A stretch of 64,000 nucleotides of DNA from assembly GCA_046328675.1 (NCBI GenBank), contig JAXLWC010000001.1, positions 1 to 64,000 on the forward strand. The letters are read 5' to 3'. Shown here one piece after another: positions 19,435 to 28,504 of this stretch (position 1 is the stretch's first letter; each line of letters begins with the position of its first letter). Origin of the DNA: Anaerolineae bacterium (lineage in GTDB: Bacteria; Chloroflexota; Anaerolineae; Aggregatilineales; Phototrophicaceae). Under the pieces are notes generated by a model, which was not told the origin of the DNA, ran no database searches, and saw nothing but the letters and a program-made list of their open reading frames with translations. The translations under genes and the position numbers were made by a program.

Positions 19435-20145
19435 TTACTGCGCCGCGAAGTACCACACAATCAGCACCACCGCCACCAGCAGCAGCCCCATGACCACCGG
19501 GTGATACTGCGGCGGAATAAAATCGTTGATGACATCACGCATGACCGTCAGCGCCAGATCCATCTGCGACGGCGGTCTGTAAACCGGCGTGGGCATAGGA
19601 TGCGCCTCATGCGCCTGCGCCGCATGGTCGTGGCCCTCGTGAGCGCCTTCCGCGCTGCTGTGGGCTGAATCGTCTGGAGTGGTTTCCTCTGCGGCCTGCT
19701 GCGCGACCTGAACTTTCAGGTAATCGTTCAGCGCGTCGAGGCTCTGCCGGATAATAGACCGTGCCGAACTGTCGATCAGCCGCTGGCCCACGCTGGCAAT
19801 ACGCCCGCCGATGTTGGCCTGCCCCGAATAATCCATAAACGTCTGCGCTCCCCGGGCCTCAAGCCGAAGCTGTCCCTTCGCCTTGACGAACCCCGGTGCG
19901 CCCTTGCCGTCAATATCAATGTGATAACCCACAGGCGGAACGATACTAGACAGTTTGATGTCGCCCTGGAACACCCCCTGCACAGGCCCAACCTTGATAT
20001 GCAGCATTCCCTTATACTCATTGTCCCCAACCGCTTCAATCCCCTGGCCGCCCGGCATAATCGTGCCAAGCACGTTCGGGTCTTGCAGCGCCTCCCAAAC
20101 CATTTCCTGCGGGGCATCAAACGTATATTCGCCTGCGACATCCAT
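19435..20145 (-). CDS. CoxG-like SRPBCC (START/Bet v1-type ligand-binding) protein with a His-rich segment and a C-terminal TM anchor
   Basis: N-terminal homology to the CoxG family (YTFDAPQEMVWEALQDPNVLGTIMPG...KGMLHIKVGPVQGVFQG). Tail AEGAHEGHDHAAQAHEAHPMP followed by a hydrophobic helix VVMGLLLVAVVLIVWYF. Confidence 0.75.
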   Translation of the reverse strand: MDVAGEYTFDAPQEMVWEALQDPNVLGTIMPGGQGIEAVGDNEYKGMLHIKVGPVQGVFQGDIKLSSIVPPVGYHIDIDGKGAPGFVKAKGQLRLEARGAQTFMDYSGQANIGGRIASVGQRLIDSSARSIIRQSLDALNDYLKVQVAQQAAEETTPDDSAHSSAEGAHEGHDHAAQAHEAHPMPTPVYRPPSQMDLALTVMRDVINDFIPPQYHPVVMGLLLVAVVLIVWYFAAQ

Positions 20146-20294
20146 CTGGGTTTTCTCCTAATCTGAATAAATTGTATTCTGCGCAGCAGTTTCCGTACTA
20201 ACTCATTGAACGCTTCGCCTCAAACCCACCGCAAAACCGCAGTGCTCTCAACGCATTCTCACGGCAGCCACTCGTCCCCCGAACCCGTTTTAAG

Positions 20295-20467
20295 CCCCTC
20301 TCCCGTGCCATACATGTCTGCCTTCCCAAACATCCCTGCTCGGGAGAGGGGTTGGGGTGAGGTCAACGCGCCCGTTCATCCACCTGTCTTTTGTCTTGGT
20401 CTTAGACTAACAGCTAATGACTAACGACTAACGACTTACTAGGGGGTGAGGTCAACGCGCCCGTTCG
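20295..20467. repeat. Second copy cluster of the intergenic repeat family: 11-bp perfect stem hairpin, ACTAACAGCTAAT plus tandem heptamers, and an 89-bp-period direct repeat of GGGGTGAGGTCAACGCGCCCGTTC
   Basis: CCCCTCTCCCG (20295-20305) pairs with CGGGAGAGGGG (20341-20351). GGGGTGAGGTCAACGCGCCCGTTC at 20354-20377 and again at 20443-20466. GACTAACAGCTAATGACTAACGACTAACGAC at 20405-20435. Confidence 0.55.
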
Positions 20468-20595
20468 CCTGCCTGGCTTTTCGTTCCCTTAATTACCTAC
20501 CCCGAAAAGCTGGAGATGAGGGGGTAAACAAGCACCAACAGTCACGAGTTTGAAGTTCAGCCGCCGCCCCGGCAGCCCGTAAACGCTAAACCCAC

Positions 20596-21492
20596 TTAGG
20601 GCAGCACGGGCAGTTTGAGATAGTCTGCTGGCACAAACAGCGACCCTTCACTCGTACCCTGCGGCACGATGCGTTGTAACCGCTGATCCAGTTCAGCCGC
20701 TGTTATCCTGCCGTCAAGATAGTCGCGAAACGCCGCCGCTGTCAGCCGTACTTCCGCCGCCGACTCGTGGACGAACTCCAGTCGATAGTCCACGATGCCG
20801 CTTGCCAGCAGCGCATCCATGTGGCGGCTGGCGACCTGCGCCTCTGCGCCGAATACGGTGTTGCGGCAGCCCACGTCGGCCATCACCGGATGCGTGCGCC
20901 CCTGCACATCACGCAGCGCGACCTTGTGGCTTTCGCAGGGATGACCGCAGTCGAGATAGCTCGTGCCGTTGGACAGGAAGCGGCAGAAGACGCAGTGTTC
21001 GGTGTGGAAAACGGGCAGGTGATGGTAAGCAATCACCTCAAAATATGCGCCGCCGATGCGCTGCGCCAGCCGTGTGATCTGGTCAGCGTTCAGGTCATGC
21101 GTAGGCGTAATCCGCTGGACACCGAGCTTAAGGTAAGTGTCGGCAGTAAGCTGGTTCGCGACATTGAGGCTGAAGTCACCGATGAGTGGATGCTGCTGCC
21201 GTCCCTGCAAGGCTTCCAGCAGGCCGCCGGAGCGCACGACAAGTTGACAGTCCAGCCGCAGCAAAAAGTTAACGATGCGCTGTTCCTGCGGTTTAAGCAC
21301 GCGCGGGCTGGCGACACGCGGTGTAATGCCCGCCGCCTTGATCTGTTCCACCGCCGGGCTTAAGCCGTAGAGGTCGAGGTAATCCAGCGTGATGCTGTCC
21401 GGTTTCAGCGTAAGCGCCGCCTCTAATTGTTCCGGCGTGCGCACCAGCAGGTGCAGACGGGGATACGAATCGGGCGCGGGTTGGTCTACCAC
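20596..21492 (-). CDS. Peptidase U32 family protein, short form (YhbV/UbiV-like) with a 4-Cys cluster
   Basis: U32-family homology. Conserved cysteines in HTEHCVFCRF...DCGHPCESH. 18-bp gap to the upstream U32 gene. Confidence 0.8.
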   Translation of the reverse strand: MVDQPAPDSYPRLHLLVRTPEQLEAALTLKPDSITLDYLDLYGLSPAVEQIKAAGITPRVASPRVLKPQEQRIVNFLLRLDCQLVVRSGGLLEALQGRQQHPLIGDFSLNVANQLTADTYLKLGVQRITPTHDLNADQITRLAQRIGGAYFEVIAYHHLPVFHTEHCVFCRFLSNGTSYLDCGHPCESHKVALRDVQGRTHPVMADVGCRNTVFGAEAQVASRHMDALLASGIVDYRLEFVHESAAEVRLTAAAFRDYLDGRITAAELDQRLQRIVPQGTSEGSLFVPADYLKLPVLP

Positions 21493-21509
21493 CTCGGCCA
21501 GCGCCGCCT

Positions 21510-23105
21510 CTAGCGTACGCTAATGGGATGCTCAGTGACCACAGGCCTTGCTTGTGCCTGCTGGCTGACGAGCATGTCTACGGCTTCCTGCCGCAGCCGA
21601 TTGAGCAGCGAACTGGGAATAAACGGTTCGCCTGCGATGTCCGCTGTCAGGTCATGGAGTCGATACGCGGTATTGCCGAGGCGCTTTAGCTGCTGGTGCA
21701 GGTACTCGACGGTGACGCTGCGGCTGTTAGCGCGCGTCAGGGGTTCATCCGATTGGACATGGGCCACAATCTTAGGGTTTTTCGCCAGCGTCCACCTGAG
21801 TTGCAGCGGCTGTCCGGCTCTGGCCATTACCTGTACGTTGACGGGCTGCTTGTGAACGGGCACATCAGCCTGCGTGAACGTTCGCGCGGCTTTGTCCACG
21901 TTCACATCGCGCGTGCGCCACACCCAATCGCCGGGCCGGATACGCGAGAAATCAACGCTGCGGTTGCCGAAGGTGAGTTCCAGCAGCTTGCCCACGCGGC
22001 GCACTTCATACAGGTGGCCGCCTTCTTCCGCGAGTTCCGGGCTGCGCCAGTCAGCGGCGTCAAATACAATGCCGTCGCCCGCCTTCAGCGGCGCATCCGC
22101 CTGACTTTCGCTGGTTTCGATGCTGACGCGATCTTTGTAGACCTGCTTCACCCGTCCGCACAGCACCCCGCGATGACGCGGCGAACGTCCGGCGACTACC
22201 GCCTGATGATCGGTGCCGGAGATGAAATACGCGCCCAGCCCGCGCGAATAGACCTGCTCCAGTTCAATTTCTTCGCGCCGCGTAACAGGATTCGGAAGCT
22301 GCTCCCACGCCGCATCCACCGCGCGGCGGTACGCATTCGTGGTGAGCGCGACGTAGTTTTCATCCTTGTAGCGTCCCTCGATTTTGAGCGTGGAAACGCC
22401 GATGTCAATGATGTCGGGAACCTGATGGAGCGCGTACAAATCGCCGGGCGACAGCAGATAGCGGGCGTCACCCAGCGGCTTAAGCTGGTCATCCACCATC
22501 AGTTCATACGGCAGGCGGCAGGCCTGCGCGCACTGTCCGCGATTGGCGCTGCGCCCGCCCCACGCCTCCGAGGAAAAACATTGGCCGGAGTATGAGACGC
22601 ACAGCGCGCCATGTACGAAAATTTCCAGTTCGCAGTCGGTTTGCTCGCGAATGGCGCGGATTTCCTTGAGCGAAAGCTCGCGCGCCAGCACCACGCGGCT
22701 GACGCCGAAACGCTGCGCCAGCGCCACGCCTTCCGCGCTGGTGATGCTCATCTGCGTGCTGCCGTGAATGTTGACCGTTGGCGCGATCTGCTGCGCCAAC
22801 TGCGCCACGCCCACATCCTGCACAATCAGGGCATCCGCGCCTGCCAGCGCGATCTGTTCAATGGTCTTAACCGCTTCCCGTAGTTCGTGGTCAAAGACCA
22901 GCGTGTTGAACGTGATGTAGCCTTTGACCCCGCGCGTATGCAGCGTGCGCATCACGTCCGGCAGTTCCGCCAGCGTGAAGCCCACTTTGGCACGCGCCGT
23001 AAAATGCTTCAGCCCAAAGTAAACAGCATCCGCGCCTGCTTCGACAGCGGCCTGAAGCTGCGGCCAGTAGCCAGCAGGACTCATAATTTCGGGCTTGATG
23101 CGCAT
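21510..23105 (-). CDS. Peptidase U32 family protein, long form (YhbU/UbiU/RlhA-like)
   Basis: MRIKPEIMSPAGYWPQLQAAVEAGADAVYFG matches the U32 N-terminus. The start was moved to M12 of the listed ORF. Cys cluster CVSYSGQC...CAQACRLPY. Confidence 0.8.
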   Translation of the reverse strand: MRIKPEIMSPAGYWPQLQAAVEAGADAVYFGLKHFTARAKVGFTLAELPDVMRTLHTRGVKGYITFNTLVFDHELREAVKTIEQIALAGADALIVQDVGVAQLAQQIAPTVNIHGSTQMSITSAEGVALAQRFGVSRVVLARELSLKEIRAIREQTDCELEIFVHGALCVSYSGQCFSSEAWGGRSANRGQCAQACRLPYELMVDDQLKPLGDARYLLSPGDLYALHQVPDIIDIGVSTLKIEGRYKDENYVALTTNAYRRAVDAAWEQLPNPVTRREEIELEQVYSRGLGAYFISGTDHQAVVAGRSPRHRGVLCGRVKQVYKDRVSIETSESQADAPLKAGDGIVFDAADWRSPELAEEGGHLYEVRRVGKLLELTFGNRSVDFSRIRPGDWVWRTRDVNVDKAARTFTQADVPVHKQPVNVQVMARAGQPLQLRWTLAKNPKIVAHVQSDEPLTRANSRSVTVEYLHQQLKRLGNTAYRLHDLTADIAGEPFIPSSLLNRLRQEAVDMLVSQQAQARPVVTEHPISVR

Positions 23106-23186
23106 GTATACCCCACCCAGCAGATGTGCGTTACTCACGCATTATCGCACAACGCGCGCCAAATCTCCAAGATGGGAGTGTTTTCA

Positions 23187-23356
23187 GCGAGTGGAGAGTT
23201 TCGCGGATATTTTTCGTGTAGGGACGTTCAACTGAACGTCCACGTAACCTTGAACCTCACCATTCCCCAAACAGGGCGAGTGGAGAGTTTCGCGGATATT
23301 TTTCGTGTAGGGATGTTCAACTGAACGTCCACGTAACCTTGAATCTCACCATTCCC
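23187..23356. repeat. Tandem duplication, 2 x 89 bp (about 97% identical), each unit carrying an 18-bp dyad GACGTTCA-AC-TGAACGTC. Candidate duplicated operator/promoter module upstream of the U32 operon
   Basis: Read directly: unit 1 at 23187-23275 and unit 2 at 23276-23356, with two mismatches. The first dyad at 23223-23240 has perfect 8-bp arms. Confidence 0.75.
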
Positions 23357-23424
23357 GTGTTTTCACCCGGTCTGTCGCAAAGTCCATCAAACAACGTCGT
23401 TTCATCTTGCGACTGCCGGCAGTG

Positions 23425-23452
23425 TTAGGATTTTCCAACCTATTCTAACCAG
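23425..23452 (-). promoter_or_regulatory. Copy M2 of the direct-repeat element GGTTAGAA-N3-GGTTRGAA (candidate transcription-factor binding site)
   Basis: The plus strand reads TTTTCCAACCTATTCTAACC, the reverse complement of GGTTAGAATAGGTTGGAAAA. The half-sites are 11 bp apart. Confidence 0.45.
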
Positions 23453-23549
23453 CATCCCGTTTTGATCCGCTTTCTACGCACCATGAATTTTTTTGATAGC
23501 TCAATCCGCCTCGCCGTCAATTTTGGCAGCATCCGCGATCAATTCGATC

Positions 23550-23597
23550 AACGACTCTGTCATATCGCGCCGCCTCAAAACGGCAGGTTTATTTTTC
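23550..23597 (-). promoter_or_regulatory. Copy M1 of the same element, the longer ~48-bp version
   Basis: The plus strand CCGCCTCAAAACGGCAGGTTTATTTTTCCCAACCGATTCTAACCAC is the reverse complement of the copy at 29846-29890 with about 85% identity. Confidence 0.5.
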
Positions 23598-23625
23598 CCA
23601 ACCGATTCTAACCACGCAGGCCGAC

Positions 23626-24534
23626 CTACGCGTTTAGAAGCGCCATGACTTCCTCACGGCTGGGCATACTGGCCGCCGCGCCCTGCCGCGTAATCGACAC
23701 CGCCGCTGTCGCGTTGGCAAAGCGGATGGCCTCGGCCAGCGCCTGCCCCTCGGCCAGCGCCACCGCCAGCCCCGCGTTAAAGGCATCGCCCGCCCCGACG
23801 GTATCCACCGGAGTAACGTGAAAGGCCGGAACGATGTGGCTGTTGTGCTTCGTGATGTACTGCGCGCCCTGTTCCCCAAGCGTCACCACTACCGTCTGAT
23901 AATCGAACTTAATCAGCGAACGTGCCGCCTCCTCAACGCTCATCGACGACGAACCGCACAGGGTTTGCAGTTCGGTTTCGTTTGGGGTCAGATAGTCAAC
24001 ATGAGCCAGCATATCTTCGGGAAGAGGGTAGGCGGGTGCCGGGTTCAGAATCGTTTTGACGTGGTGCTGTTTGGCCAGCTTCAGCGCCTGCGTGGTAGCG
24101 GCTGGCGTGACTTCAAGCTGCGTAAGAAGCACCTGCGACTCGCGGATCACGTTCGCACGAGCATCGACATCGGCTGGCGTCAGCGCATAGTTCGCGCCTG
24201 CGATGACAATGATCGTGTTGGAGCCAACCTCATCGACGGCAATCATGGCCATGCCCGTTGGCTGTTCCGCATCGCGAATCACAGCTTCAGTGTGGATATT
24301 CACGTCACGCCACAGGTTGAAGCCAATCTCGGCAAAGCTGTCGCTGCCGACGCGGGCGATCAGGGTCGTGTGTGCCCCTAAGCGCGCCGCGCCGACTGCC
24401 TGATTGGAGCCTTTGCCGCCCGCGCCCGTGATGAAGCGTTGAGCGTGGAGCGTTTCGCCGGAACGCGGCAAATGTTGAACATAGGTCACAAGATCAGCAT
24501 TGAAGCTGCCTACAACTGCAATTTTTGCGCACAT
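23626..24534 (-). CDS. rbsK: Ribokinase
   Basis: PfkB/ribokinase signatures: GSFNADL, GGKGSNQAV, and C-terminal DTVGAGDAFNAGLAVAL. 302 aa. Confidence 0.9.
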   Translation of the reverse strand: MCAKIAVVGSFNADLVTYVQHLPRSGETLHAQRFITGAGGKGSNQAVGAARLGAHTTLIARVGSDSFAEIGFNLWRDVNIHTEAVIRDAEQPTGMAMIAVDEVGSNTIIVIAGANYALTPADVDARANVIRESQVLLTQLEVTPAATTQALKLAKQHHVKTILNPAPAYPLPEDMLAHVDYLTPNETELQTLCGSSSMSVEEAARSLIKFDYQTVVVTLGEQGAQYITKHNSHIVPAFHVTPVDTVGAGDAFNAGLAVALAEGQALAEAIRFANATAAVSITRQGAAASMPSREEVMALLNA

Positions 24535-24841
24535 AATGGTTTCTCAAAAATACTTTTCTAAGCGTAAACGTCGCCTAATCTCCCAGGAATGGTTGCGGAA
24601 AATAGCAGGTTGTAGGGGGTTTGTCAACAAAATTGGACTGGACGGGCGCGGTCATTACTGCACGGACGCGAACAGCAGACCATACGCACATCTCCGGGCG
24701 AAAATCCGCAGATTTCGGGATTTGTTTAGTTGCATTTGTAACGTAGTTTTATGATATTCCTCACTACGATGGCGGCATCGGCGGTACAAGAATTAACCTG
24801 GCTATTTACGGCATGTTTATTCTTGAAAGGAGTAATTTGCC

Positions 24842-26098
24842 ATGGATTTATCCAAGCACGAAATGTACCGTTTCCCCTGGTCGATGAACGATAACCCGAT
24901 TGGTTGGCTGGAAATCACCGATAAATGCAACACCGTCTGCCGCGGTTGTTATCGCCTGAATATGACCGGGCACAAGCCGCTGGAACAGATCAAAGAGGAG
25001 GTGCGGTTACTCAAGGCATGGCGTAACTGCGACAACATTTCCATCGCAGGCGGCGAACCGCTGATTCATCCCGACATCATCGAAATCGTTGACTATATCC
25101 GCCAGCAGGGAATGAAGCCGCTGATTCTTACCAATGGCATCGCCCTCAAAGATAATATACAGCTCCTGCGTGACCTGAAGAAGGCCGGAGCGCTGGGTTT
25201 TACTTTTCACATCGACAGCGAACAAAGCCGCCCGCACTGGAAAGGCAAGAGTGAGCTTGAATTGTGTGAACTGCGCCTTGAATATGCTCGGATGGTGGCG
25301 GAGGTGGGCGGTCTGTTCGTCAGCTTCGGCTTGACGGTATATCCCAGTAACATCCATGTGGTACCGGAAATTGTTAAATGGGCCAATCAACACGTAGAAC
25401 TGGTTCACGGGCTGGTGTTCATTACCTTCCGCAACGCCACAATGGACGGCACGTTCAACTACTTTGTCAACGGACAGCAGCTTGCACAACCAGCCGTCAG
25501 TTATACAGCGCCGGACAGCCACGAGGCGCACATTCAATCCACTGATGTGCGTGATGTCATCCACGAAAACTATCCGCATTACGCGCCCTCTGCTTACATG
25601 GGCGGCTCCCAGTCACCTGATAAGGTTACCTGGTTGGTGGGCGTGCAGGTGGGCAGCCGCGATAAGATGTATGGGTCGATTGGCGCAAAGACGATGGAAC
25701 TGGTGCAGATGTTTTATCATCTAGTGCGCGGTAAGTATCTGGTCTACACGCCCGGCAATCGACTGCCGAAAATTGCATTTTTGTTGAGCATGTTTGACGG
25801 CTCTGTGGGCAAAATTCACGGCGCATACTGGAAGGACATCCTGAGCCATCCCTCGCAGTTCTTTGCACCGATTTATACGCAGAGCATCGGTATCATTCAG
25901 GGGCCGGACATTCTGGAAGACGGGCGCGCCGATATGTGCGAAAGCTGCCCGGACATGACCATCTGGGACGGCAAGCTGGTTCATTCCTGCCGTATGGACG
26001 AATGGCGGCTGTACGGCACCTATGCCACCGCACAGCGCCGCGTCTCCAGCCCGGAACAAGTACTTACGCCGGACGAAATTCCGGTTGTAGCGAAATAA
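24842..26098 (+). CDS. Radical SAM enzyme of the HpnH-like type: N-terminal radical-SAM core plus a C-terminal Cys-containing domain
   Basis: CX3CX2C motif in DKCNTVCRGCY, and ISIAGGEPLIHPDIIEIVDYI plus LILTNGIALKDNI, which resemble the adenosylhopane synthase HpnH. C-terminal CESCPDMT...HSC. Strong RBS AAAGGAG 8 nt upstream. No hopanoid genes nearby. Confidence 0.65.
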   Translation: MDLSKHEMYRFPWSMNDNPIGWLEITDKCNTVCRGCYRLNMTGHKPLEQIKEEVRLLKAWRNCDNISIAGGEPLIHPDIIEIVDYIRQQGMKPLILTNGIALKDNIQLLRDLKKAGALGFTFHIDSEQSRPHWKGKSELELCELRLEYARMVAEVGGLFVSFGLTVYPSNIHVVPEIVKWANQHVELVHGLVFITFRNATMDGTFNYFVNGQQLAQPAVSYTAPDSHEAHIQSTDVRDVIHENYPHYAPSAYMGGSQSPDKVTWLVGVQVGSRDKMYGSIGAKTMELVQMFYHLVRGKYLVYTPGNRLPKIAFLLSMFDGSVGKIHGAYWKDILSHPSQFFAPIYTQSIGIIQGPDILEDGRADMCESCPDMTIWDGKLVHSCRMDEWRLYGTYATAQRRVSSPEQVLTPDEIPVVAK

Positions 26099-26166
26099 AC
26101 CGGGACGCGATACTACACTTCAGGCATCGCTGCGGCACCACAAGGCACTGCGGCGATGCCTCCTTG

Positions 26167-28443
26167 CTAGCGGTTCAGTCGGTCTCCTACGCGGGCCATC
26201 CACGAAACGAGCCACAGCGGGAGCCGCTGGCGCATAATCCATTCCGCCACCCATTCGCGCACGAACAGCGGGATCAACTTCAACGCAGGGTGGGTGCTGA
26301 CATCCGCCAGACTTGGTGCGTCGGGGCGGTTGTATACTTTTGTGCCTAACACGGGGTCGAATTTCCAGGGGTATCCTGTGGGACGACGTGCAGGCTGGAA
26401 GGGGCGTGTATAGTGATTGCGCGCCAGCGTAACGTTGTCAGTGTCCGTAATCGACAGTTTGATGGTGTGTCCTGTGCGCCAGTTGATCGGCAGTACCTGC
26501 TGCGCGGTATTGGCCGCTATATCAATTGGATGGCTGCCCTGCAACAACAACTGCTTGGCCTCGTCATAGACTTCGTAGCGCAGCATTGTGCCCGCGTATT
26601 CCTGAGGCGTATCGTTGAATATCCACAGGGCGTAGGCGCGATGCCCATCATGCTGCATGGCTACGTGCAGTGGCTGGGAAGCAAGCCGCAGAGCCTCGAA
26701 GCCGCCCTTTGGCAACCGCATCGAATCCAACACCCCACATCCAACCTGTGGCACCGGATCAAGCAGCCAGAAGTGGATGTATCCGGCGTTGGTTGTGCTG
26801 CGCAGCCGCCGGAAATGCTCCACATGGAACTGAATCAGTTCGGCCTGATAATTCCAGATTGTGTCAAGCTGCGGCAGCACATGTTTCAGGCGTTCCCACA
26901 CCTCAGGATAAATCTGCATGGTTGAGGGCGTGCAGGGCGCTTCCAGGCCAAATTCGGTATTCAGGCGTGGATGATGCCGATAAACGTCCGTGTAACGTTT
27001 CGACCAGAGCGCGCCCCAATAGGTATGGACATCGCCCGCCCGCTTTGGTCTCTTCCATTTGTCCTGAACATAGGAATACGGGTCGCGAGCTATCCTGCGC
27101 AACGGCATCGGCGTATAAAACAGGGTCCGGGGTGATGTTCCAGATTGCCACGCCGGAAAAAAATCATCGTCGGTTCATTGTGGCAAGCCCAGGTGATAAT
27201 GCTTGGGATGATTGCCCAACTGTGACAGCATATCGCGCTGCAATCTTCGCGCGCGCGTCTCAAATTCCACAGTGGTTTCCTGCATCCAGTTGAGTTCAAA
27301 GTCCTGCCAGACCAGCATCCCCGCGCGATCACAAATGTCATAGAGTTCGGCAGGGGAGACATGCACATGTACCCGCAGCAAATTGAGGTTGGCCTTCTGT
27401 GCCAGCGAAACATCACGCGCCAGACTGTCGCGGTCATGCTGTGACAGATAGATGCCGGACATATAAGAGGTACCGCGTATATAAACCGGGCGTTCGTTCA
27501 GCCAGTAGGTGAACCGTTCGCGGCTCCGTTCCAGTCGCACCGAACGAAAGCCAAAGGTTTCGCTGTGACGGGTCTCGCCCAAACGGGCCGTCAGTCGATA
27601 CAAATGAGGCTGTCCATGATCCCATGACCACCACAACTGCGGGGCAGACATTTTCATCTGGTAAGCAACCGTTTGAACGCCGGGCGTGATAGTGACAGGC
27701 ACATTTTCAACAGCGCCCGCACCATCATGATTTTCGGCGCTGACCTCCAGCGCAAGTTCACCAGACCATTCTATTGTGCTGCTGATGCTGGCTTGCAGTT
27801 GCAGGGTACCGTCCATCTCAGCTCGAATCTGAACGCTGTCGATGCTCATGCCGTCGTCCAGCACCAGCCACACAGGACGCCAGATTCCCAGCGGGTTTAC
27901 GTCCGGCGGCAGCACGCCTTCGCCGTGCTCATACAGCCCTTTGACCAGGTTGCGCAGTACATGATCCAGCGGGTAGGTGCCGCGTGGGTTGACCACATCC
28001 CAGGGCGAACTCACATGAACCCGTAAATAGTTTTGTGCATCACGTTTTAACGCGTGCGTCGCCTCAAAGGTGAATGCATTGAAGTGGCCTTCATGGTGGC
28101 CGAGCAGGGTATCATTCAGCCAGACGGCAGCAAAATAGTCTACGCCCTCAAAGCGCAGGCAGGCGCGGCTGAACTGCACATTGGGCACGCTGAAGGCATA
28201 TTCATAGAGCCAGCCGTGATGGTTCATCTCGCGCACATGCTTGCCCCAATAAGGGTTTTCAGGATACAGGAACGGTTGCAGATGTCTGCGTTCCGGGACA
28301 GCGAAGGCTTCCGCAGGGTTGAACCGGGCGCTGCGGGCATCCAATGACGTTGGGCAAACAGACCACGAACCCGAAAAACGAACCGAGTGAGTCATATATC
28401 CAGGTTGATAGGGGAGAGAGATAAGATGGATAAGCTCCCGCAA
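26167..28443 (-). pseudogene. Glycoside hydrolase family 2 (beta-mannosidase/beta-galactosidase-like), split over three reading frames by at least two frameshifts around 27100-27210
   Basis: Minus ORF 27175..28443 carries the GH2 sugar-binding domain, Ig-like domain, and the start of the TIM barrel, ending ...LGNHP then junk. The acid/base region NHPSIITWACHNEP is in another frame (ORF 27090..27437). The nucleophile motif NTEFGLEA and the C-terminal domains are in ORF 26167..27108. Confidence 0.7.
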
Positions 28444-28504
28444 ACGCCTGAATTATTGTCGCTGCGACAGGAAATTACAACTCTATCCTTTACCAGACGA
28501 AGGG

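Noticed and set aside
23187-23356. Possible CRISPR array
   Set aside because: There are only two tandem 89-bp units with no unique spacers, and the unit is far longer than a CRISPR repeat. Nowhere in the window is there a repeat-spacer architecture or cas genes.
24535-24841. A -35/-10 pair (TTGCAT ... TATGAT) upstream of the radical SAM gene
   Set aside because: The spacer is only 14 nt, outside the functional range, so it is not reported as a promoter.
26100-26166. Hairpin GGCATCGC...GCGATGCC between the radical SAM gene and the GH2 pseudogene, as a bidirectional terminator
   Set aside because: The stem has internal mismatches and no U-run on the plus strand. On the minus strand only a weak TTTATTT follows. 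That is not enough to call.
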